Origin: a virus
Lineage: Duplodnaviria > Caudoviricetes
Direction: 5' to 3' (one strand)
IMG/VR virus record: IMGVR_UViG_3300025674_000014
Length of the DNA stretch: 64,000 nt
In this document: positions 26,701-39,083 of the stretch, piece after piece
Layout of the letters: every line of letters begins with the position of its first letter
How positions within the stretch are numbered: position 1 is the stretch's first letter
Made by a program: the position numbers and the translations under genes
The notes under the pieces: generated by a model
What the model saw: the letters and a program-made list of their open reading frames with translations, nothing else
Told to the model about the DNA's origin: nothing
The model's database searches: none

Positions 26701-29700
26701 TAGATGCTCTAGTTGTAGAAACGTGTGTTATCCAATTGTATATAGAGTTGAAATAAATCCAATATTCAAGAGTAAAATCATCAGTACCAAAAGCCAAAGC
26801 TGATGATTGCCAAGATAGAAAATCTTCTGACCCTTGAAAATAACCACTAGTACCTTGAAATTTATACTCGTCATCTGTAATCATTGCATTACCATTTGTG
26901 GTAATATTGTTATCAGAAGCTGATAAACTTGAATCGGTAAAGGTTTGTGATCCACTTAATCCATTCATATGTAAGAGTAAACTTACATTTTCATAATACG
27001 GATCTACAGGTATATCATTATAACCTAAAGTTGCATAAACTTGATGCCAATTACCATCAGTCAAATCTGTATAACCGTCAGCACTTAATGTATCGGCACC
27101 GGATAACAGAGTATTGTATGCTTGTAATGTACCGGTGTCAACATTAATACCTAACTGAAAGTTATCGGCATTATCTCCCGAAGGACCGTCTAACATAAAC
27201 AATTTAGGACTTACCCCTCCGTCAATAGCAGAACTATCTGTTTTAATCCACATACCAACAGTAAATGCACTAAGGGTAGTTCCAACATTAAGATTATTAT
27301 TATCTAGAACTATATCATTTACTGTGTAATATGATGATAATGTATCAGCTATATTATAAGATGGTTCAGATAAATTGTAATTAGCAAACGTAGCATTTGG
27401 TGGTGTAAAATCATCAGTGTAACGAGCTATACCTTTTGTAATTCTTAAATCTTGGATATAACCGTCCATTGAATCGGAATTTTGAAAGAAGTTAGATGTA
27501 CCAATTATACTGCTTGAAACACCATTAAACAATGTACCAGAATAAGTTGCAGAGTTAAGTTCTGTACCATCTCTAAATACCTTAAAGGTATTACCGCTTC
27601 TAGTAGCGGCAACATGATACCAAGTATTAGTACTCCAACCTGAAGTATTACCTTGACTTGCATTAACTAAGAACGACCCAGAATCAACAGATAAAAATCT
27701 TAAACCTTCTTCCCAGTGAAGGGCAAAAACCGTTACGTTACTGCTGTTATCTTGTTCACTATAATCTGTTAATATATAATGACTCTCATCACTTGGTAAA
27801 CTGTCAAATCTAACCCAAGCTTCAATTGTAAAATCATCACTACCAAAATTTGCAGCTGTGTTAGGTACAGTTAAATAACTTGAACCGGAGCCGTTAAAAT
27901 AACCACTACTACCGCCCCATTTATACTGATCCGTACTTGTTACTGCACTACCGTATGTTGTAACGGTATTAACTGAGCTACTACTATCTGTAAACGTTGT
28001 ACCATCATTGTTACCATTCATATGTAATAACAATGAAACGTTAGGATAATATGTATCTCCTGATGCAAATTTAAAGTCATTTACATTAGTTGTGAGATCA
28101 TACCAGGTATTAGAATCTGCAGGATAAAATCCAGTAGAAGGTGTTCTTGTTGTTGTAGCTGTTTGTGTGACTTGAGGTGAACCAACACAATATCTATTTT
28201 TATTGGAATTATATAAATTGTTTATATCTTGTTGAGATAATGTGTCATTAAAGACTTTAGCTTGACCAATTTTACCGGTAAATAAATTACATGATGAATT
28301 CCAAGGATCTCTACCAATTGCAAAACAACCATGCGATGCATAATCAAGGAACGGTGTAATGGAATTGCTATTAACCATATCACCGTTATAATACAATTTT
28401 GTACCATCAGTTGGTGAATATGTAAATGATAACTGATTCCATTCACCTGTAGATAAACAACCTGAGTTATAAACACAGCTGTCATTAACACCGCCTGTAC
28501 CATATTGAACTTGGGCATATAAACAACTACCGCTGTTTGTACCTAATGCAGCTTGTCTGTTACCAGAATTAGCTGCATCAGTTATCACGTCAGCATCGGA
28601 TAAACTATCAAAATTAACCCAAGCTACATAAGTTAAGTTACAACCGCTTGAAAAATCTTTTAATATGGAATCACCAACCATACCATCACCACTACTGAAA
28701 CAGAAGTATTTGATACCACAACTGGTTGTATATGTTGGCCCGCAAATTGATAAATTATAACTATTAGCTAAATCATACCAAGTTGTACCACTTGTATAAC
28801 TAGAGGTATTATCAGCATCCCAATATGCTACTAAATTAGTAGAATATGGTGGTGTATTAGTAACGGTAGGTGTATTTGTTTGTGTTGGAGTTGGTGTTGA
28901 TACAAATGCGCTTCTAATACTTGATGCATCTTGATTAGCAATTAATCCGCATGTTTGACCATGGGTTGATGTATTTGTTGGGGTTTGGGTTGATGTTCTT
29001 GTATAAGTTGGTGTAGCTGTTCTAGTAGCACTTGGTGTGTAAGTTGGTGTTCTTGTTCTAGTAGCGGTATTGGTAGCTGTTCTAGTACTTGTTCTTGTTT
29101 GGGTACTTGTTCTTGTTGATGTTTGCGTAGGAGTTTGTGTTCTTGTTCTAGTAGCGGTATTGGTAGCTGTTCGTGTAGCTGTTTCAGTGGATGTTCTTGT
29201 TCTAGTATTAGTTGGTGTTCTAGATTGTGTAGGGGTAGGTGTTGATGTAGCGGTTTGGGTTGGTGTTCTTGACTGGGTAGGTGTTCTTGTTCTTGTACTA
29301 CCAGGTGTTCCTGATCTTGTGCTTGTACTAGTAACTGTTCGTGTACTAGTTACGGTGTTTGTAGCCGTTTGTGTTGGTGTTTGAGTTGGTGTTTGTGTTC
29401 TTGTCCTTGTCCTTGTAGGGGTGTTAGTTTGTGTATTTGTTCTGGTTTGAGTTGATGTTCTTGTTGATGTTGCTGTCTGTGTACTTGTTCTTGTAGCTGT
29501 TTGTGTAGATGTTTTGGTGTTAGTAGGTGTTTGTGTAGATGTTCTAGTTTGAGAAGCTGTTCTAGTTTGGGTAGATGTTCTAGTAGAGGTAGGTGTTTGA
29601 GTACAAGTAGCTGTTTGAGTAGATGTTCTTGTATTAGTAGCTGTTTGAGTAGATGTTCTGGTTTGTGTATTGGTTCTTGTATTAGTAGCTGTAGCAGTTG

Positions 29701-32700
29701 GTGTTTGAGTTGGAGATTTAGAACGTGTGACGGTTGCAGTAGCTGTCTGAGTAGCTGTTCTTGATTGAGTTCTAGTTCTGGTAGCCGTTTCAGTAACTGT
29801 AGGTGTCCTAGTTTGTGTTTGCGTAGCTGTTGGTGATGCCCCTTGAGTGGCTGTTCTAGTAGATGTTTGAGTTGGTGTTTGAGAACGGGTACGTGTATTT
29901 GTTCTTGTTTGTGTTGATGTCTGTGTAGATGTTCTTGTATTTGTAGGTGTTTGTGTTCCGGTAGTGGTTGTCGTATTAGTAGCTGTTCTTGTCTGGGTTG
30001 GTGTATAAGTTGGTGTATTAGTTCTTGTCTGAGTTACTGTTGGGGTTTGTGTAGATGTTTGTGTGGATGTTGGTGTAGATGTTACCGTCTGTGATGGTGT
30101 CTGGGTTGGTGTAAATGTTCTTGTCTTTGTATTAGTAGGCGTTTGTGTTGATGTTGGTGTGCTTGTTACTGTATTGGTAGCAGTTTGGGTAGGTGTTTGT
30201 GATCTTGTTTGTGTTGGTGTAGCTGTTTGTGAATGTGTTCTAGTTTGTGTTGGTGTATTTGTTGATGTTGCTGTTTGAGTTGGTGTTTCAGTTCTGGTAG
30301 CTGTTCTTGTCTGGGTAGGTGTTTGTGTTGGTGACTGAGTAGCTGTTAAAGTAGCTGTTGGTGTGTTTGTCTGAGAAGACGTTACTGTTTGGGTAGGCGT
30401 TGGTGTTTGTGAACTTGTTTGTGTTGGTGTTCTTGTTGCAGTTACATCAGGTGTATCTGTCTGGCTAGGGGTTCTTGTAAATGTAGCTGTTCTAGTGTAA
30501 GTAGGTGTTTGTGTTCTAGTATTTGTTCTTGTTTGGGTAGGGGTTTGTGTAGGTGATTGAGTAGCTGTTTGTGTTACTGTACCTGTTGGTGTTTGGGTTG
30601 ACGTTCTAGTTTGGCTAGCTGTTCTAGTGGTTGTTCTAGTAGCGGATTGGGTAGGTGTTCTTGTTCTTGTTGCTGTATTAGTTGGTGTGTAAGTTGGTGT
30701 TGATGTAGATGTTTGACTTCTTGACTTAGTAGGTGTTTTGGTTTGTGTAGCTGTTGGTGTTTGGGTTTGTGTACCTGTTCTTGTACTTGTTGGTGTTTGG
30801 GTTTGAGTAGATGTTTTAGTATTAGTAACGGTAGCTGTTCTTGTCTGTGTTGGTGTACCTGTTCTTGTAGATGTTTGTGTAGCTGTTCTTGTACCGGTAA
30901 TGGTAGCTGTAACCGTTGGTGTTTGTGTTTGAGTAGATGTTCTTGTTGCTGTTGGTTCAGCTGTTTGTGTTTGTGTTGTTGTTCTTGTCTGAGTTTGTGA
31001 TCTAGTTTGTGTTGATGTTCTTGTACTTGTAGCTGTTGCCGTAACAGTTGATGTACTGGTTGGTGTTCTGGTTTGTGTATTTGTTCTAGTTTGTGTAGGT
31101 GTTTGTGTTCTTGTAACAGATGCTGTTGGTGTTTGTGTTTCTGTTCTTGTCTGTGTTGAAGTTCTTGTTACAGTAGATGTAGCTGTTTGTGTTGCTGTCT
31201 GAGTTGCAGTTGCTTCTGCTGTAGGTGTATTAGTAGCTGTTCTTGTATATGTCGGTGTTGCTGTTTGAGTTGGTGTTTGAGTTGCAGTAGCTGTACTAGT
31301 TTTAGTTCTTGTATTAGTAGCTGTTTGTGTAGCTGATCTAGTCTGGGTAGCTGTTCTTGTTTGAGTGGGTGTTGCAGAGTTTGTTGCTGTAACTGTTGGT
31401 GTAGCTGTATTAGTAGCTGTCTTTGTCTTACTAGCTGTTCTTGTTTGGCTAGCTGTTCTGGTTTGTGTATTAGTTCTTGTTGATGTAGCTGTTTGCGTGT
31501 ATGTTGGTGTATTAGTTCTTGTTCTTGTTCTGGTTGATGTAACTGTAGGTGTAATTGTTCTTGTTTGTGTAGGTGTTTGAGTTGCGGTAGATGTTACAGT
31601 TGATGTTTGAGTAGGTGTTTGTGTAACTGTTGATGTTGCTGTTGGTGTTTGAGTTGCTGTTCTGGTTTGGGTAGGTGTTTGTGTACCTGTTTGTGTATTT
31701 GTTCTAGTCTGTGTAGATGTTCTAGTAACTGAAGGTGTTGGTGTTAATTCAGGTAAGTTAAATCTTTGTCTTAAACTATTATAACTTGATTCAATTTCAT
31801 TCTCAGTTAATGCTGAATCGTATAGTTTTACGATAGCAATATCTCCAAACATGTCAGCTTCTAAAGTTTCACTGGTATTAAAGTTTCTACCAACCGCAAA
31901 AGCAGGCTGTGTGGTACTTCTTGAAGATGGTACGGTTAAAGTACTACCTAACTGGTCAGCATTAAAATATAATTTTAATTCATTATTTGATAATGTTAAT
32001 GCAACTTGAAACCATCCAGTTGATGATGATAAAGCTGGTAAACTACCATCAATACCTATAGTATAACTTGTACCACCTGATCTTAATTGACCAAATAACC
32101 TATTAGGTGCTGCTGAATAACCACTTCTGACTTTGTTAATTTTTATTAAATTACTATCATCAACATATAAGTACATTATCTGATGATATCTATTAGTAGA
32201 AAATGAATCATCATCATATCTAACCCAAGCTAAAACCGTAATATTATCATTAAGAACGGGTAATGTACTTAAATTAGAAACACTTTGTAAATAGTTTACA
32301 CCACCAAAAGCTTGCCAAGTAGGCCAATTATAATATTTCGGTTGAGTTGCTTGATATAAATCAACGTCGCCAACTATTACACTATCAATGCTATTTGATG
32401 TAATATCATCTACACCAGTAGCTGGATAAAATTCTAAAGATTGCGGTGTAAATGCAGCGTCATTTATAAACGGATATTTAGTGTTGTTATAATCAGCTTC
32501 AATTTCACTAGCAGTTAAAGCTTTATCTAGATAAAATCTTGCAACTGATAAATCTCCGTTCATATATGAACTATTACCTGACATAATAGTCCAATTAGCT
32601 CCTGATGTAATATCTCCACCAGGTCTATTACTAGCAGATGTAGCTTCTAATACACCATCTACATAAATTCTTAACTTAGTAGAATCCGCAACATAAGCTA

Positions 32701-35700
32701 TATGATGCCAAGTGTCATCATTATAAGTATCAGAAGTTCTAGCTAATCTTTCTGTACCTGATGAATTTCTTTCCCAGAAATCTAGCTTACCACCATTAGT
32801 AGCATCTCCAAGCCCCCTCATACCTACCATAAAGTATGAAGAAGTACCGTTATAGTCGGTAGCTAAAGGTTTTGTATAACTATGTGCACTTTGAGTAGAA
32901 TCTAATTTTACCCAGAAAACAAATGAATATTGTTTATTATCTAAGGTAAAACTTCTACCTGTTGCTATATTATCATTACTACCATCAAATGATAAGTAAG
33001 CTGGTGAATCTGGACTATAAGTTGCTCCATTAATAGTAGCATTATACGCTCCAGATGTTAAATCATATAAAGTTGAAGTTAATGCACGCCTACTACCAGC
33101 ATTAATATTATAATTAAATTCTAAATCTGAAGTTAATGAAGTTTCAGTACCCGTTTCGTATCTTCCAACTCCTTTAGTAACTCTAAATTCATCAATATAA
33201 CCTTGTAATTGATAATTATCACCAATTTTAGATCCTGCAATGTTTAACGTTGTACTTGATCCATTATCAATAGAACCAGTATAACTGCTGTTATTAGCCT
33301 CCATTACACCATCAACAAACAAATAAAATACACTATCTTTTCTTTGAAGTATTACATTATACCAAGTATTTGTACTTACTGAAGTGGTTGAAGCTAATAC
33401 AGGTGCCCCATCATTCTTTAAATTATAAGCCCAAAATGTAAATAAATTTTGCCTATTCGGGTGGTCAGCGTAAAGTACCCATTTATCACTACCCCAATTT
33501 CCGTCAACATAATTTTTAGTTATAGTAGTACCGCTACTACCGTGAGCGGTAATATAAACCCAAGTTTCAATAGTAAAATCACCTGAACCGAATGCTGTAC
33601 TAGAACTTGTACTATAACTTAACCAATCATTATTACCGTCAAAGTAAGCACTACTACCACCAAACTTAAATTGATCGGTACTAATTTGAGCATTACCGTT
33701 AACAGAAGCTGTTCTATTAGCACTACTACTATCAGTAAATGTGGTAGAACCGTCAGCTCCATTCATATGTAACAGTAACGAAGTGTCGCTATAATAGGTA
33801 TCCGAAAGATCTCCGGTAGTGGTTTGATTAGCAGCATCGTAATATGCTATCAAATTACTGGTTATTGGCCCGGTAGCTGTTTGTGTTGGTGTATGAGTAG
33901 CTGTTCTGGTTTGGGTAGGGGTATTTGTTGCTGTTCTTGTATTAGTTGGTGTATTGGTTTGGCTAGCTGTTCTTGTTTGTGTATTTGTTCTTGTAGCCGT
34001 AGCAGATACTGTTGATGTAGGTGTAGACGTTTTTGTAGCTGTTTGTGTTGGTGTTACTGCTCTAGTAGCTGTTTGGGTAGCTGTTCTAGTATGGGTAGCT
34101 GTTCTTGTATAAGTTGGGGTTGATGTTTGTGATCTTGTTCTTGTTTGAGTACTAGTTACCGTTGAAGTAGCAGTCTGTGTTGATGTTTGAGTTGGTGTTG
34201 ACGTTTGGGTATTTGTTTTTGTCTGTGTAGCTGTTCTTGTAGCTGTATTTGTAGCAGTCTGAGTAGCTGTTCTGGTTTGTGTAGGTGTTTGTGTTCTGGT
34301 TTGGCTAGCTGTACGTGTTTGTGTTCTAGTTCTGGTAGATGTAGCTGTTTGTGTTGCTGTAGGTGTAGATGTTTGTGTTCTTGTATTAGTAGCCGTTCTT
34401 GTCTGTGTTGGTGTAGATGTTTGGGTTGGTGTTCTGGTTCTTGTAACATCTGGTGTATCTGTCTGACTAGGTGTTCTAGTAAAAGTCGATGTTCTTGTAT
34501 TGGTAGGTGTAGGTGTTGATGTACTAGTAGGGGTTTGGGTAGGTGTTTCAGTTCTAGTTACTGTTGATGTATTTGTTCTAGTTTGGGTTGGTGTTTGGGT
34601 AGCTGTTGGGGTTGCTGTTTGACTTGCTGTACGGGTCTGTGTTCTTGTTCTTGTATTAGTAGCAGTCTGGGTTGGGGTTTGAGTAGATGTTTGAGTTGCT
34701 GTAGCTGTTTGGCTTGCTGTTCTTGTAGCTGTTTGACTTGCTGTTCTTGTAGGTGTTTGGGTTTGGGTTGCTGTTGCAGATTGGGTAGCTGTTCTTGTTT
34801 TTGTAGGTGTTTGTGTTCTGGTTTCAGTAGCTGTTTGAGTAGATGTTCTGGTTTGCGTTCTTGTTGGTGTTTGGGTTGAAGTTCTTGTTGCGGTAACTGT
34901 AGCTGTTTGACTTGCTGTTCTGGTCTGTGTTCTTGTTCTAGTAGATGTTGATGTTTGTGTTGCTGTTGGTGTTGCTGTCTGACTAGCTGTTCTTGTCTGT
35001 GTATGAGTCTGGGTAGCTGTTCTTGTTACCGTCTCCGTTGCTGTTCTAGTTTGGGTAGGGGTTTGGGTTGCTGTCTGAGTTGCTGATTGGGTAGCAGTCT
35101 GACTAGCTGTACGTGTTTGTGTTCTTGTTCTTGTTGATGTAGAAGTTCTGGTCTGGGTAGGTGTTCTGGTTTGGGTTGCTGTAGGTGTTTGAGTTGATGT
35201 TTGAGTAGGTGTTTGTGATCTTGTTCTTGTAACTGTTTCAGTTGCTGTTCTTGTCTGGGTAGGTGTTTGTGTTCTAGTATTAGTAGCAGTCTGTGTTGGT
35301 GTCTGTGTAACTGTACTTGTTACTGTTGGTGTTTGAGTAGCTGTTTGAGTTGCTGTATTAGTAGCTGTTTGGGTAGGGGTTTGTGTTTGGCTAGCTGTTC
35401 TTGTTTGAGTAGGGGTTTGAGTTTGGCTAGCTGTTCTAGTTACTGTAGCTGTTTGAGTACCGGTTTGTGTATAAGTTTGTGTATTTGTTCTAGTCTGGGT
35501 AGATGTTCTAGTAGCCGTATTAGTTGCTGTTTGTGTGGGTGTTTGAGTTTGGCTAGCTGTTCTGGTTTGTGTAGGTGTTTGTGTTTGTGTTGCTGTTCTA
35601 GTATTGGTTGGTGTTTGCGTTCTTGTTCTAGTAGATGTTTGTGTAGCTGTTTGGGTGGGTGTTTGTGTCTGAGTTGAAGTTCTGGTTTGGGTTGGTGTAG

Positions 35701-38700
35701 ATGTTTGTGTAGATGTTTGTGTATTTGTTCTAGTTTGGGTAGGTGTGCTTGTTGATGTTTGGGTAGACGTTCTTGTTTGGGTAGGGGTATTAGTAGCAGT
35801 CTGAGTTGCTGTTTGTGTCGGGGTTTGTGTTGGTGTCTGAGATGCTGTTCTAGTTACAGTAGCTGTTGATGTTTGAGTTGATGTTCTTGTCTGAGTAGGT
35901 GTTTGTGTTTGTGTAGATGTTTGGGTTGGGGTTCTTGTTCTCGTTACATCAGGTGTATCTGTTTGACTTGGCGTTCTTGTAAAAGTTGATGTTCTTGTCT
36001 GTGTAGGTGTTTGTGTAGAAGATTGGGTAGCTGTTTGTGTCGGGGTTTGTGTAGGTGTTTGAGTACTTGTTGCAGTAGCTGTTTGTGTATTTGTTCTGGT
36101 TTGGGTAGGTGTTTGTGTTCTAGTATTAGTAGCAGTCTGTGTTGGTGTTTGTGTCTGTGTAGGTGTTTGTGATCTGGTCTGTGTAGATGTTTGCGTATTT
36201 GTTCTTGTTTGGGTTGGTGTTGGGTATCTAGAAACGGTAGATGTTTGAGTATTTGTTCTAGTTTGGGTTGCTGTTTGAGATGCTGTTCTAGATGCAGTAC
36301 GGGTAGCTGTTTGTGTATTTGTTCTTGTCTGGGTAGGAGTTTGTGTTCTCGTTTCAGTAGCAGTTTGAGTAGCAGATCTAGTTTGTGTTGGTGTTTGAGT
36401 CGGTGTGGATGTTCGTGTTTGAGTAGCTGTTCTAGTTTGGGTAGGTGTTTGTGATCTAGTTTGTGTTGCTGTTTGAGTTGAAGTTCTTGTCTGAGTAGGT
36501 GTTTGTGATCTAGTTTGGGTAGCAGTTTGTGTTGCAGATCTAGTTTGGGTTGGTGTCTGGGTAGGTGTTTCTGTTCTTGTCTGTGTTGCTGTTCTAGTAG
36601 ATGTTCTTGTTTGTGTAGAAGATCTTGTCTGTGTTGGTGTGTTAGTTGAAGTTTGGGTTGCTGTATTAGTAGCTGTTTGAGTTGGTGTTTGAGATCTTGT
36701 CGGTGTTTGGGTTTGTGTAGATGTTCTAGTATTAGTAGCAGTTTGGGTAGTTGTTTGAGTAGCTGTTGGTGTAGGTGTTTGTGTTCTCGTTCTAGTAGAT
36801 GTATTGGTAGCTGTTTGTGTAGATGTTCTTGTCTGTGTTGGTGTGCTTGTAGATGTTTGTGTAGCTGTAGGTGATGGGGTTTGAGTAGCTGTTCTAGTTA
36901 CAGTAGATGTTGGCGTTCTTGTACTTGTAACTGTTTGGCTAGCTGTTCTTGTTTGGGTAGGTGTTCTGGTAGATGTAATTGTAGCTGTTTGAGTAGCTGT
37001 TCTTGTCTGTGTTGGTGTCTGGGTTTGGGTAGCTGTTCTTGTTGCTGTATTAGTAGCTGTTTGAGTAGGTGTTTGGGTTTGAGTAGCTGTTCTAGTTTGT
37101 GTAGCTGTTCTAGAACTTGTTCTCGTTCTAGTTTGGGTTGGTGTTGATGTTTGGGTATTTGTTCTTGTCTGGGTAGGTGTTTGAGTTCTAGTAGATGTAG
37201 ATGTTTGTGTATTTGTTCTTGTTTGAGTAGCTGTTCTTGTCTGTGTAGGTGTTTGTGTGCTTGTATTGGTAGCTGTTTGTGTTGCTGTTCTAGATTGTGT
37301 TCTAGTCTGGGTTTGAGTAGCTGTTCTTGTAGCTGTAGCAGATCTAGTCTGGGTCGGTGTTCTTGTTGAAGTGTTTGTAGCTGTCTGAGATTTTGTTCTT
37401 GTAACCGTTTGTGTAGGTGTTTGTGTTGATGTTCTAGTTACAGTTGATGTAGCTGTTTGAGTAGCTGTTCTAGACTGGGTAGGTGTCGGTGTTTGTGTTG
37501 ATGATTGGGTTGGTGTTCTAGTTCTAGTAACATCAGGGGTGTCTGTTTGACTTGGCGTTCTTGTAAAAGTAGGTGTTCTGGTTTGAGTAGGTGTTTGTGT
37601 TCTAGTATTGGTAACGGTTTGGGTAGCCGTCTGTGTAGGTGTTTGAGTTTGGCTAGCAGTTCTTGTTGATGTAACTGATTGTGTAGGTGTTTGTGTTCTT
37701 GTCTGTGTAGCTGTTCTTGTCTGACTAGCTGTTCTTGTAACTGTAGCTGTCTGAGTTGGTGTATTAGTAGCTGTTTGTGTAGCTGTTCTACTAGCTGTTC
37801 TAGTAACTGTAGGGGTTTGAGTTGATGTTTTAGTTTGTGTTGGTGTTTGAGTTCTAGTAACGGAAACTGTATTAGTAGCTGTTTTTGTAACTGTAGCTGT
37901 CTGAGTTGGGGTATTGGTAGCTGTCTGAGTTGGTGTAGATGTTCTTGTCTGAGTAGCTGTTCTTGTAACTGTAGGTGTTTGTGTACTTGTTCTTGTTAAT
38001 GTGCTAGTAGCTGTTCTAGTGGCCGTAACCGTTGGAGATGCTGTTCTGCTTACGGTTGATGTTACTGTAGCTGTACGTGTAACTGTGACTGTAGGTGTTT
38101 GTGTTGCCGTTCTTGTAATTGTTCTAGTAGGTGTTCTTGTTGGTGTTGGATCAATCTTGTTAATAACTTCTAATGGTAAGAAATTAGTAGAAGGTGATGA
38201 AAGGGCTTGTTGTTTAAAAAATGAAATATAAGACGATTGCTGCACGAATTCGGTAAAACCTTGTAAGAAAGAAGGTAATCCAGGAACGTAAGTCTCAAAT
38301 ACAGGGCTTAATTGATTTGTAGGTCTTAATCTGAATACTCTTTCTGTAGCTGATGTTCTGTTAAAAACAGTAAATGCTTCATCAGTCATACCAGCACCTG
38401 TTGCTAAATTCATATTAACAGCTGATGTATATAAGAACCAAGATAAACCTGATCTCATATATTGAGCTGATAATGCATTAGCGCCTAACGGTGGTATGAA
38501 ACCACTTACAGAGAGTGGTAACACACTAAGTGAATCAACATACACCGCATATGTACTACCAGGCACAAATTGAGTGAAACCTTGCAAGAAGTCAGGTAAC
38601 CCAGGTGTGTAAGTAATACGAGATGGTGAATTAGGATTGTCAGAAGCAAATATTCTATCTACGTAATCGCCAGATGATAGTATCGTGCTACTAACATTTA

Positions 38701-38755
38701 GCCTATTTTCTTCGATAAACTGTAATATTTGCCCGGAAAACGTGATTAAGCCCAT
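14690..38755 (-). CDS. Giant putative virion fibre/adhesin (8021 aa as assembled; 10,074 aa if joined to 8532-14702): TxT tracts, many LamG/ConA domains, two glycine-rich domains
   Basis: Repeated [22 protein letters not shown] and WYDL/WHH..LYVDG..GDI LamG modules; [15 protein letters not shown] glycine-rich modules; no signal peptide; TAAATA 9 nt upstream. Confidence 0.85.
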   Translation of the reverse strand: MGLITFSGQILQFIEENRLNVSSTILSSGDYVDRIFASDNPNSPSRITYTPGLPDFLQGFTQFVPGSTYAVYVDSLSVLPLSVSGFIPPLGANALSAQYMRSGLSWFLYTSAVNMNLATGAGMTDEAFTVFNRTSATERVFRLRPTNQLSPVFETYVPGLPSFLQGFTEFVQQSSYISFFKQQALSSPSTNFLPLEVINKIDPTPTRTPTRTITRTATQTPTVTVTRTATVTSTVSRTASPTVTATRTATSTLTRTSTQTPTVTRTATQTRTSTPTQTATNTPTQTATVTKTATNTVSVTRTQTPTQTKTSTQTPTVTRTASRTATQTATNTPTQTATVTRTASQTRTATQTRTQTPTQSVTSTRTASQTQTPTQTATQTVTNTRTQTPTQTRTPTFTRTPSQTDTPDVTRTRTPTQSSTQTPTPTQSRTATQTATSTVTRTSTQTPTQTVTRTKSQTATNTSTRTPTQTRSATATRTATQTQTRTQSRTATQTATNTSTQTPTQTRTATQTRTNTQTSTSTRTQTPTQTRTNTQTSTPTQTRTRTSSRTATQTRTATQTQTPTQTATNTATRTATQTQTPTQTRTATQTATITSTRTPTQTRTASQTVTSTRTPTSTVTRTATQTPSPTATQTSTSTPTQTRTSTQTATNTSTRTRTQTPTPTATQTTTQTATNTRTSTQTQTPTRSQTPTQTATNTATQTSTNTPTQTRSSTQTRTSTRTATQTRTETPTQTPTQTRSATQTATQTRSQTPTQTRTSTQTATQTRSQTPTQTRTATQTRTSTPTQTPTQTRSATQTATETRTQTPTQTRTNTQTATRTASRTASQTATQTRTNTQTSTVSRYPTPTQTRTNTQTSTQTRSQTPTQTQTPTQTATNTRTQTPTQTRTNTQTATATSTQTPTQTPTQTATQSSTQTPTQTRTSTFTRTPSQTDTPDVTRTRTPTQTSTQTQTPTQTRTSTQTSTATVTRTASQTPTQTPTQTATQTATNTPTQTRTSTQTSTSTPTQTRTNTQTSTQTSTPTQTRTSTQTQTPTQTATQTSTRTRTQTPTNTRTATQTQTPTQTRTASQTQTPTQTATNTATRTSTQTRTNTQTYTQTGTQTATVTRTASQTQTPTQTRTASQTQTPTQTATNTATQTATQTPTVTSTVTQTPTQTATNTRTQTPTQTRTATETVTRTRSQTPTQTSTQTPTATQTRTPTQTRTSTSTRTRTQTRTASQTATQSATQTATQTPTQTRTATETVTRTATQTHTQTRTASQTATPTATQTSTSTRTRTQTRTASQTATVTATRTSTQTPTRTQTRTSTQTATETRTQTPTKTRTATQSATATQTQTPTRTASQTATRTASQTATATQTSTQTPTQTATNTRTRTQTRTASQTATPTATQTPTQTRTNTSTVTRTETPTQTPTSTSTPTPTNTRTSTFTRTPSQTDTPDVTRTRTPTQTSTPTQTRTATNTRTQTSTPTATQTATSTRTRTQTRTASQTRTQTPTQTRTATQTATNTATRTATQTKTNTQTSTPTQTSTQTATSTVTSTQTRTRSQTSTPTYTRTATHTRTATQTATRAVTPTQTATKTSTPTSTVSATATRTNTQTRTASQTNTPTNTRTATNTPTQTRTATHTPTQTATGPITSNLIAYYDAANQTTTGDLSDTYYSDTSLLLHMNGADGSTTFTDSSSANRTASVNGNAQISTDQFKFGGSSAYFDGNNDWLSYSTSSSTAFGSGDFTIETWVYITAHGSSGTTITKNYVDGNWGSDKWVLYADHPNRQNLFTFWAYNLKNDGAPVLASTTSVSTNTWYNVILQRKDSVFYLFVDGVMEANNSSYTGSIDNGSSTTLNIAGSKIGDNYQLQGYIDEFRVTKGVGRYETGTETSLTSDLEFNYNINAGSRRALTSTLYDLTSGAYNATINGATYSPDSPAYLSFDGSNDNIATGRSFTLDNKQYSFVFWVKLDSTQSAHSYTKPLATDYNGTSSYFMVGMRGLGDATNGGKLDFWERNSSGTERLARTSDTYNDDTWHHIAYVADSTKLRIYVDGVLEATSASNRPGGDITSGANWTIMSGNSSYMNGDLSVARFYLDKALTASEIEADYNNTKYPFINDAAFTPQSLEFYPATGVDDITSNSIDSVIVGDVDLYQATQPKYYNWPTWQAFGGVNYLQSVSNLSTLPVLNDNITVLAWVRYDDDSFSTNRYHQIMYLYVDDSNLIKINKVRSGYSAAPNRLFGQLRSGGTSYTIGIDGSLPALSSSTGWFQVALTLSNNELKLYFNADQLGSTLTVPSSRSTTQPAFAVGRNFNTSETLEADMFGDIAIVKLYDSALTENEIESSYNSLRQRFNLPELTPTPSVTRTSTQTRTNTQTGTQTPTQTRTATQTPTATSTVTQTPTQTSTVTSTATQTPTQTRTITPTVTSTRTRTRTNTPTYTQTATSTRTNTQTRTASQTRTASKTKTATNTATPTVTATNSATPTQTRTATQTRSATQTATNTRTKTSTATATQTPTQTATPTYTRTATNTPTAEATATQTATQTATSTVTRTSTQTRTETQTPTASVTRTQTPTQTRTNTQTRTPTSTSTVTATATSTRTSTQTRSQTQTRTTTQTQTAEPTATRTSTQTQTPTVTATITGTRTATQTSTRTGTPTQTRTATVTNTKTSTQTQTPTSTRTGTQTQTPTATQTKTPTKSRSQTSTSTPTYTPTNTATRTRTPTQSATRTTTRTASQTRTSTQTPTGTVTQTATQSPTQTPTQTRTNTRTQTPTYTRTATFTRTPSQTDTPDVTATRTPTQTSSQTPTPTQTVTSSQTNTPTATLTATQSPTQTPTQTRTATRTETPTQTATSTNTPTQTRTHSQTATPTQTRSQTPTQTATNTVTSTPTSTQTPTNTKTRTFTPTQTPSQTVTSTPTSTQTSTQTPTVTQTRTNTPTYTPTQTRTATNTTTTTGTQTPTNTRTSTQTSTQTRTNTRTRSQTPTQTSTRTATQGASPTATQTQTRTPTVTETATRTRTQSRTATQTATATVTRSKSPTQTPTATATNTRTNTQTRTSTQTATNTRTSTQTATCTQTPTSTRTSTQTRTASQTRTSTQTPTNTKTSTQTATRTSTQTATSTRTSTQTRTNTQTNTPTRTRTRTQTPTQTPTQTATNTVTSTRTVTSTSTRSGTPGSTRTRTPTQSRTPTQTATSTPTPTQSRTPTNTRTRTSTETATRTATNTATRTRTQTPTQTSTRTSTQTRTSTRTATNTATRTRTPTYTPSATRTATPTYTRTSTQTPTNTSTHGQTCGLIANQDASSIRSAFVSTPTPTQTNTPTVTNTPPYSTNLVAYWDADNTSSYTSGTTWYDLANSYNLSICGPTYTTSCGIKYFCFSSGDGMVGDSILKDFSSGCNLTYVAWVNFDSLSDADVITDAANSGNRQAALGTNSGSCLYAQVQYGTGGVNDSCVYNSGCLSTGEWNQLSFTYSPTDGTKLYYNGDMVNSNSITPFLDYASHGCFAIGRDPWNSSCNLFTGKIGQAKVFNDTLSQQDINNLYNSNKNRYCVGSPQVTQTATTTRTPSTGFYPADSNTWYDLTTNVNDFKFASGDTYYPNVSLLLHMNGNNDGTTFTDSSSSVNTVTTYGSAVTSTDQYKWGGSSGYFNGSGSSYLTVPNTAANFGSDDFTIEAWVRFDSLPSDESHYILTDYSEQDNSSNVTVFALHWEEGLRFLSVDSGSFLVNASQGNTSGWSTNTWYHVAATRSGNTFKVFRDGTELNSATYSGTLFNGVSSSIIGTSNFFQNSDSMDGYIQDLRITKGIARYTDDFTPPNATFANYNLSEPSYNIADTLSSYYTVNDIVLDNNNLNVGTTLSAFTVGMWIKTDSSAIDGGVSPKLFMLDGPSGDNADNFQLGINVDTGTLQAYNTLLSGADTLSADGYTDLTDGNWHQVYATLGYNDIPVDPYYENVSLLLHMNGLSGSQTFTDSSLSASDNNITTNGNAMITDDEYKFQGTSGYFQGSEDFLSWQSSALAFGTDDFTLEYWIYFNSIYNWITHVSTTRASNGFNTWTGANGDTGWYAQGARIVEWNGVTSGQWYHYAFTRESGSLRMFVNGTLVDTATDTRNYTQTYSEIGDIAGYSTEPLNGYMQDVRVTKGVARYTSSFTPPNNQFYPGTGTVSTLYVDGYPEVSYNNYITPTDLNNGNIRPRIGGYSYTKGRLNGDISQFKMYNREMSADDVQDDYEATFQRFNLPQLTPTQTPTQTRTQTPTQTRTSTQTRTATQTRTATQTRTRTQTRTRTQTPTRSRTPTQTRTATQTPTQTITGTHTPTQTRTATQTPTQTRTGTQTATQTVTPSPGSYYIRAFGGCEIQCEGFRYHIFCTDYRCVYDYDFYVNNTASSEVYNTIEAMVVAGGGGGAGGEYNYGLGGGGAGGVVLSAFQATTGNFKVSVGAASFGNPSWNQGYTRGYNSMFGTISACGGGQGGYSGLPWNGGRFNGQSGGSGAGGTSVDNGGYRGCGGAGIPGQGHDGGAVCASSSGGGGGGAGGPGQLSCDGTTGCCGDGGVGVCFEMFGTLCWVGGGGGGCRGVGGCGGGGSGGRRCGSNSAGVDGTGGGGGPRSRGGNGIVVIKYPFPDNPNTTPTPTRSQTPTQTQTPTQTGTVTKTNTTTRTITKTQTKTPTQTRSQTQTSTPTNTQTPTYTFTPTQTQSITQSPTITKSITETITQTPTGTRTRTNTRTATQTSTNTPTPTPVYSSTPTRTQTQTSGIVTSNLVANQDASDVCTNYVHTPTPTKTNTINYTPTSVGYSSNLCLYFEPNNTLSYPASGGCFFYNLQGDTDIYVCYTNYPTLTSTGTGMQYTYWNGDNRLYSTPNYWADTINPDEGSVEAWVCIDNRYYARTIAAYGRNGAADYGFWLFVSEWNGYPRSYDGRGIVFGTRRSNGGYYCACAGATRTNDLFNGQGHNRQWAHVVGVYSKDHTCLFVNGELVDMINSEGTCMTCYWSNSADNYFTIGTAPDGNCRMCGGLGSYKYYNCALNQAQVKENYDTEKYRYMYDLPERAVTPTKTKTRCNTITATQTATPTNTMTATQTRTVTQTSSVCSTPTPTYNSIAISGGTCSYQWGNKCIHVFNETDTMCIKYHGDNCLLCYLVVGAGGSGGVVRNNGTQAAGGGAGGYLEGSMYLAPSSIGTHTVQVGQGRYFCNGEDSIFLHLTAFGGGRGADCCYGVSCSGGSGGGGTNWSNRGGCCPGQGNCGGYRPYSWCPPTYGGGALDENGYGCTSDITGLSATYATGGAPAGNYAARTGGNGCNSDPIPNTGNGGAGVYSYNYGGDKFPNGLPGSSGVVILSYTISGPEGHYTTPTPTQTSSPTRSPSPTTSKTPTYTCTRTKTSTCTKTRTCTPTNTSTRTRTPTVTNTENAIGDPYYNNNIYTFRMDGNNGDGFICDYGACNYGNVGITCGKFTTDEYRYGTGSVKFDCNCTYICMTTTVHPTSGSLINCGIMLDGCDWGWTLQGYWKATTQCGFSLLCSNRCGNSEIYMNSNNCFYVHCCNVYAVGFDVDSCFCNFSVCDWNHYMVSQCLDSSGSAYYRFWMNGCYLGERNVGSGPRGIKCACFNNRNASNNTTYMAETRLYTTTEKCMTIFGWGEEPPYWTCTLGYYPYPGNYPITTPTKTVSVSPTQGSSPTPTLTNTSTLTQTPTQTPTTTPTYSVTQTRTRTKSQTRTPSQTRTNTRTRTQTPTQTPTNTPTKTRSTTPTKTLTNTKTATFTTTPTCTQTNTPTVTQTNTPARTATYTNTHSATATCNVTVTKTQTRTSSNTPTYTPTRTQTGVNKCGLIMHIDVSNPNSFPELSAGSTECNRDVYNLVNGCIGCFNNDLYNSFSTYCDKRRSISMCCGGGIYMCNVNKCCSSWCDADTAIYRVDNSPGFTIITTFKPYCITEGSLMCLENVFNLYRRTDCTLDFYIYDRCGSDIGYTWGCQPLLSSTNITTVAASYDNTCGCFRIYVNGCCKDGYQRKLYYMTPRCTNGWLTMFCNGCAASEFYSAKLYNRVLSDVEIAQDYNHDACKYDYTPIPLVTPTPTSSNTPTRTNTIGLSPTTTPAGCFLKSDKLVLHLDFYQGQSYPYCTLPERDGENGQYVYVEDLSPRNNHGRLTVYNSCYCADPYQGTLSFRSGMCLPENTDLTFFCEDFTVAFWARPVSTSGDQSVVDRYSWNNNPFDIYWRGSDCRYIVSGQGLPTLCTQQLTLSSFHYVNVSRRANEIAIYSNAGDLFCCPVNNCYNIYDYGRPYTLGAFCNLAQYRVYCGFGMTRDEVISDFKGLSARYQATPAPTNTQTPTQTSTVTRTRSYTPTRSSSPTIGVTPTPTATQYVAAPDCLTISYDFYNQQSYPNYTRSAYGCTESNIVDLTNHGNDGTLFCNDLTLYSQKCCHKFCCPYGTCYPISNYPWYSNCEYDGGGTLCWDERCSCSGAVYFNNPNAFETLSGDFSATAWICPTRVNSTILGNTKRIGTYGHDYQLWWLVDDQCRARFYTNGLYSTGGDVWTYPLSALTLCEWSHVAFVRKNNVSYAYLNGVPGLSAENTSNILSLSSCNLLPMLGGYRQERNDYRWKGSIATFRWYQTCGLSHEQVCADYAALSSRYTLSVCTPPVTPTNTPTVTQGACVSTRNLCLFLDSTNTFSYPASGGNRWYDLSDNHYETIMAGYRLVDDNYINPRHLEWQNGYGYNNTFQPLTASDWTITLAMQPNEETREMYLFDTNYPDMGISMNMGNGSYDAYHRYYNIGIGHGDNVYPLSGSWGFSKLPVSEGRFDVITYRRTKDKMSGFINGVQAFNIDITDPYGYRFYPGHNFNIFSDQGEGNRFYGKVGAVAVHGTALTDYEVARMNNYLLSKFNKTLAPLVTPTPTNTSTGQSPYLWQDISSNNNDLTIANRDEYSDYNAIVLNFQGLSGQTTFVDSSSANAEFITLGDAFITTSEYKFGSSSGEFNRSGNVDGIMKPAYAGYDMRFYTNDFTIESWVKLRSMPTSDSWPTNWQNHQMIITSGDPGSGNGFGFLIGQTKLIVHYTDTQRINGTHGMEIDKWYHLAVSRESGVMRLFVNGTKIAETTWGDSVTNGNYIYVACETGQGASLDGWMNGLRVTRDVARYTADFDTPQDMFPSYVYSPSINYNVADSLSSYYVAMSGHGDYAELSGYNSLSSFSVGMWVQSNSKSLSNGISQNIFKFDGPTGDTIDNFQMNVDPLSGTLQVYTLPEATAGALSATGTTNITDGKWHHIYTTLSGDVNVPTDSYYPNVKLLLHMNGANESTTFTDSSSAARTPSDVAGNTEILTNDYKWGGSSGYFDGSGDYLLYSDSDDWHFGDGDFTIEAWMKSPGGPSTGNYQIIASQSSFGASSNSAFYLGALSDSNGGYAVGAISTTGTGWTYTNTSTIAVNDNAWHHVALVRNGTSLRVYVDGISTSNTDVGTSSVYNSTRDLYIGSQNRSQYMNGYLQDVRITKGIARYTGNFRRPTTTFYPGKFNDMRIYVDGYQDHSTLIDFQGDVSNLNNGNPRPRMASYNGLSGFMDGKYASLKVYDTALTLYQVQLNYETTFKRFNLPQLSPTPTNTRTRTQTPTQTSTVTRTNTQTVTRTRSPQPTQTRTPSNTRTNTSTPTNTPTSTQTPTQSPTNTRTPTETRTNTQTVTSTRTRTQTRTSSQTNTPTQSRTPTFTPTRTRTRTETPTQTPTNTSTRTTTQTPTSTRTSTQTRTSTQTATNTRTRTQTRTASQTATATQTRTSTQTRSQTPTQTRTSTQTPTQTRTATQTPTQTATSAIQSDLIAYYDADNTTTTGDLSDTYYSDVQLLLHMNGTDGSTTFTDSSSASNTASNTNTEISTDQFKFGGSSAYFDGTAYLNYSSGLALGSSDFTFETWVYVSSIGSRQYIFDTRGGGSGGVLLTVEANGKVLFSGGIISADTYSTSTLSNNTWYHLAAVRDSSTARLFIDGTQEATVSISGTAPGGQLIIGSKSDGTSKLTGYIDEFRLTIGTARYTSNFTPQSREFYPATGIGDITSNSIDSVIVGDVELNQTSPKSYVWPTSTGDAVNYIERFLI
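15530..16157 (-). repeat. TxT coding tract (~210 aa)
   Basis: Alternating Thr pattern in the translation. Confidence 0.9.
28963..31745 (-). repeat. TxT coding tract (~930 aa)
   Basis: Alternating Thr pattern in the translation. Confidence 0.9.
33872..38148 (-). repeat. TxT coding tract (~1420 aa), Gln/Ala-rich
   Basis: Alternating Thr pattern; three [13 protein letters not shown] motifs about 1.5 kb apart. Confidence 0.9.
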
Positions 38756-38764
38756 ACGTAAATA

Positions 38765-38770
38765 TATTTA
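38765..38770 (-). promoter_or_regulatory. T4-late-like TAAATA upstream of the giant gene
   Basis: 9 nt before ATG 38755; the same motif precedes about 15 genes in the window. Confidence 0.7.
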
Positions 38771-38801
38771 ATCACCTACGTATAAGGGAAATAAAAGAAT
38801 C

Positions 38802-39083
38802 TTAAGAAAAATTAATTTTTTCTGACTTAAGTTTAAACTTAAACTCTTTCTTGTATTTATTAGAAAAGTATGTAATTTCTTTACCTAGATATTCAACATA
38901 GTTTACATTTATAACAGCTAGAGGCTCGTCTTTATAATAGACATATGTAGTGGATAAACACAACTCTCCTTCAAGAGGTATTGCCGGTAAGATAACATAA
39001 TCATCTTTACCTGCTTGAAATGAAACTGCATTATCTTGAGCATGTGGCTCACCACCTGTTCCTATTAATTTAAATGTATCCAT
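38802..39083 (-). CDS. 93 aa stand-alone paralog of the C-terminal domain of the upstream 880 aa TxT protein
   Basis: LIGTGGEPHAQDNAVSFQAGKDD aligns with LTGTGSAPHPAANGVTFQSAAND; both contain INFS/VNFS at the C-terminal end; TAATG stop/start overlap. Confidence 0.8.
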   Translation of the reverse strand: MDTFKLIGTGGEPHAQDNAVSFQAGKDDYVILPAIPLEGELCLSTTYVYYKDEPLAVINVNYVEYLGKEITYFSNKYKKEFKFKLKSEKINFS

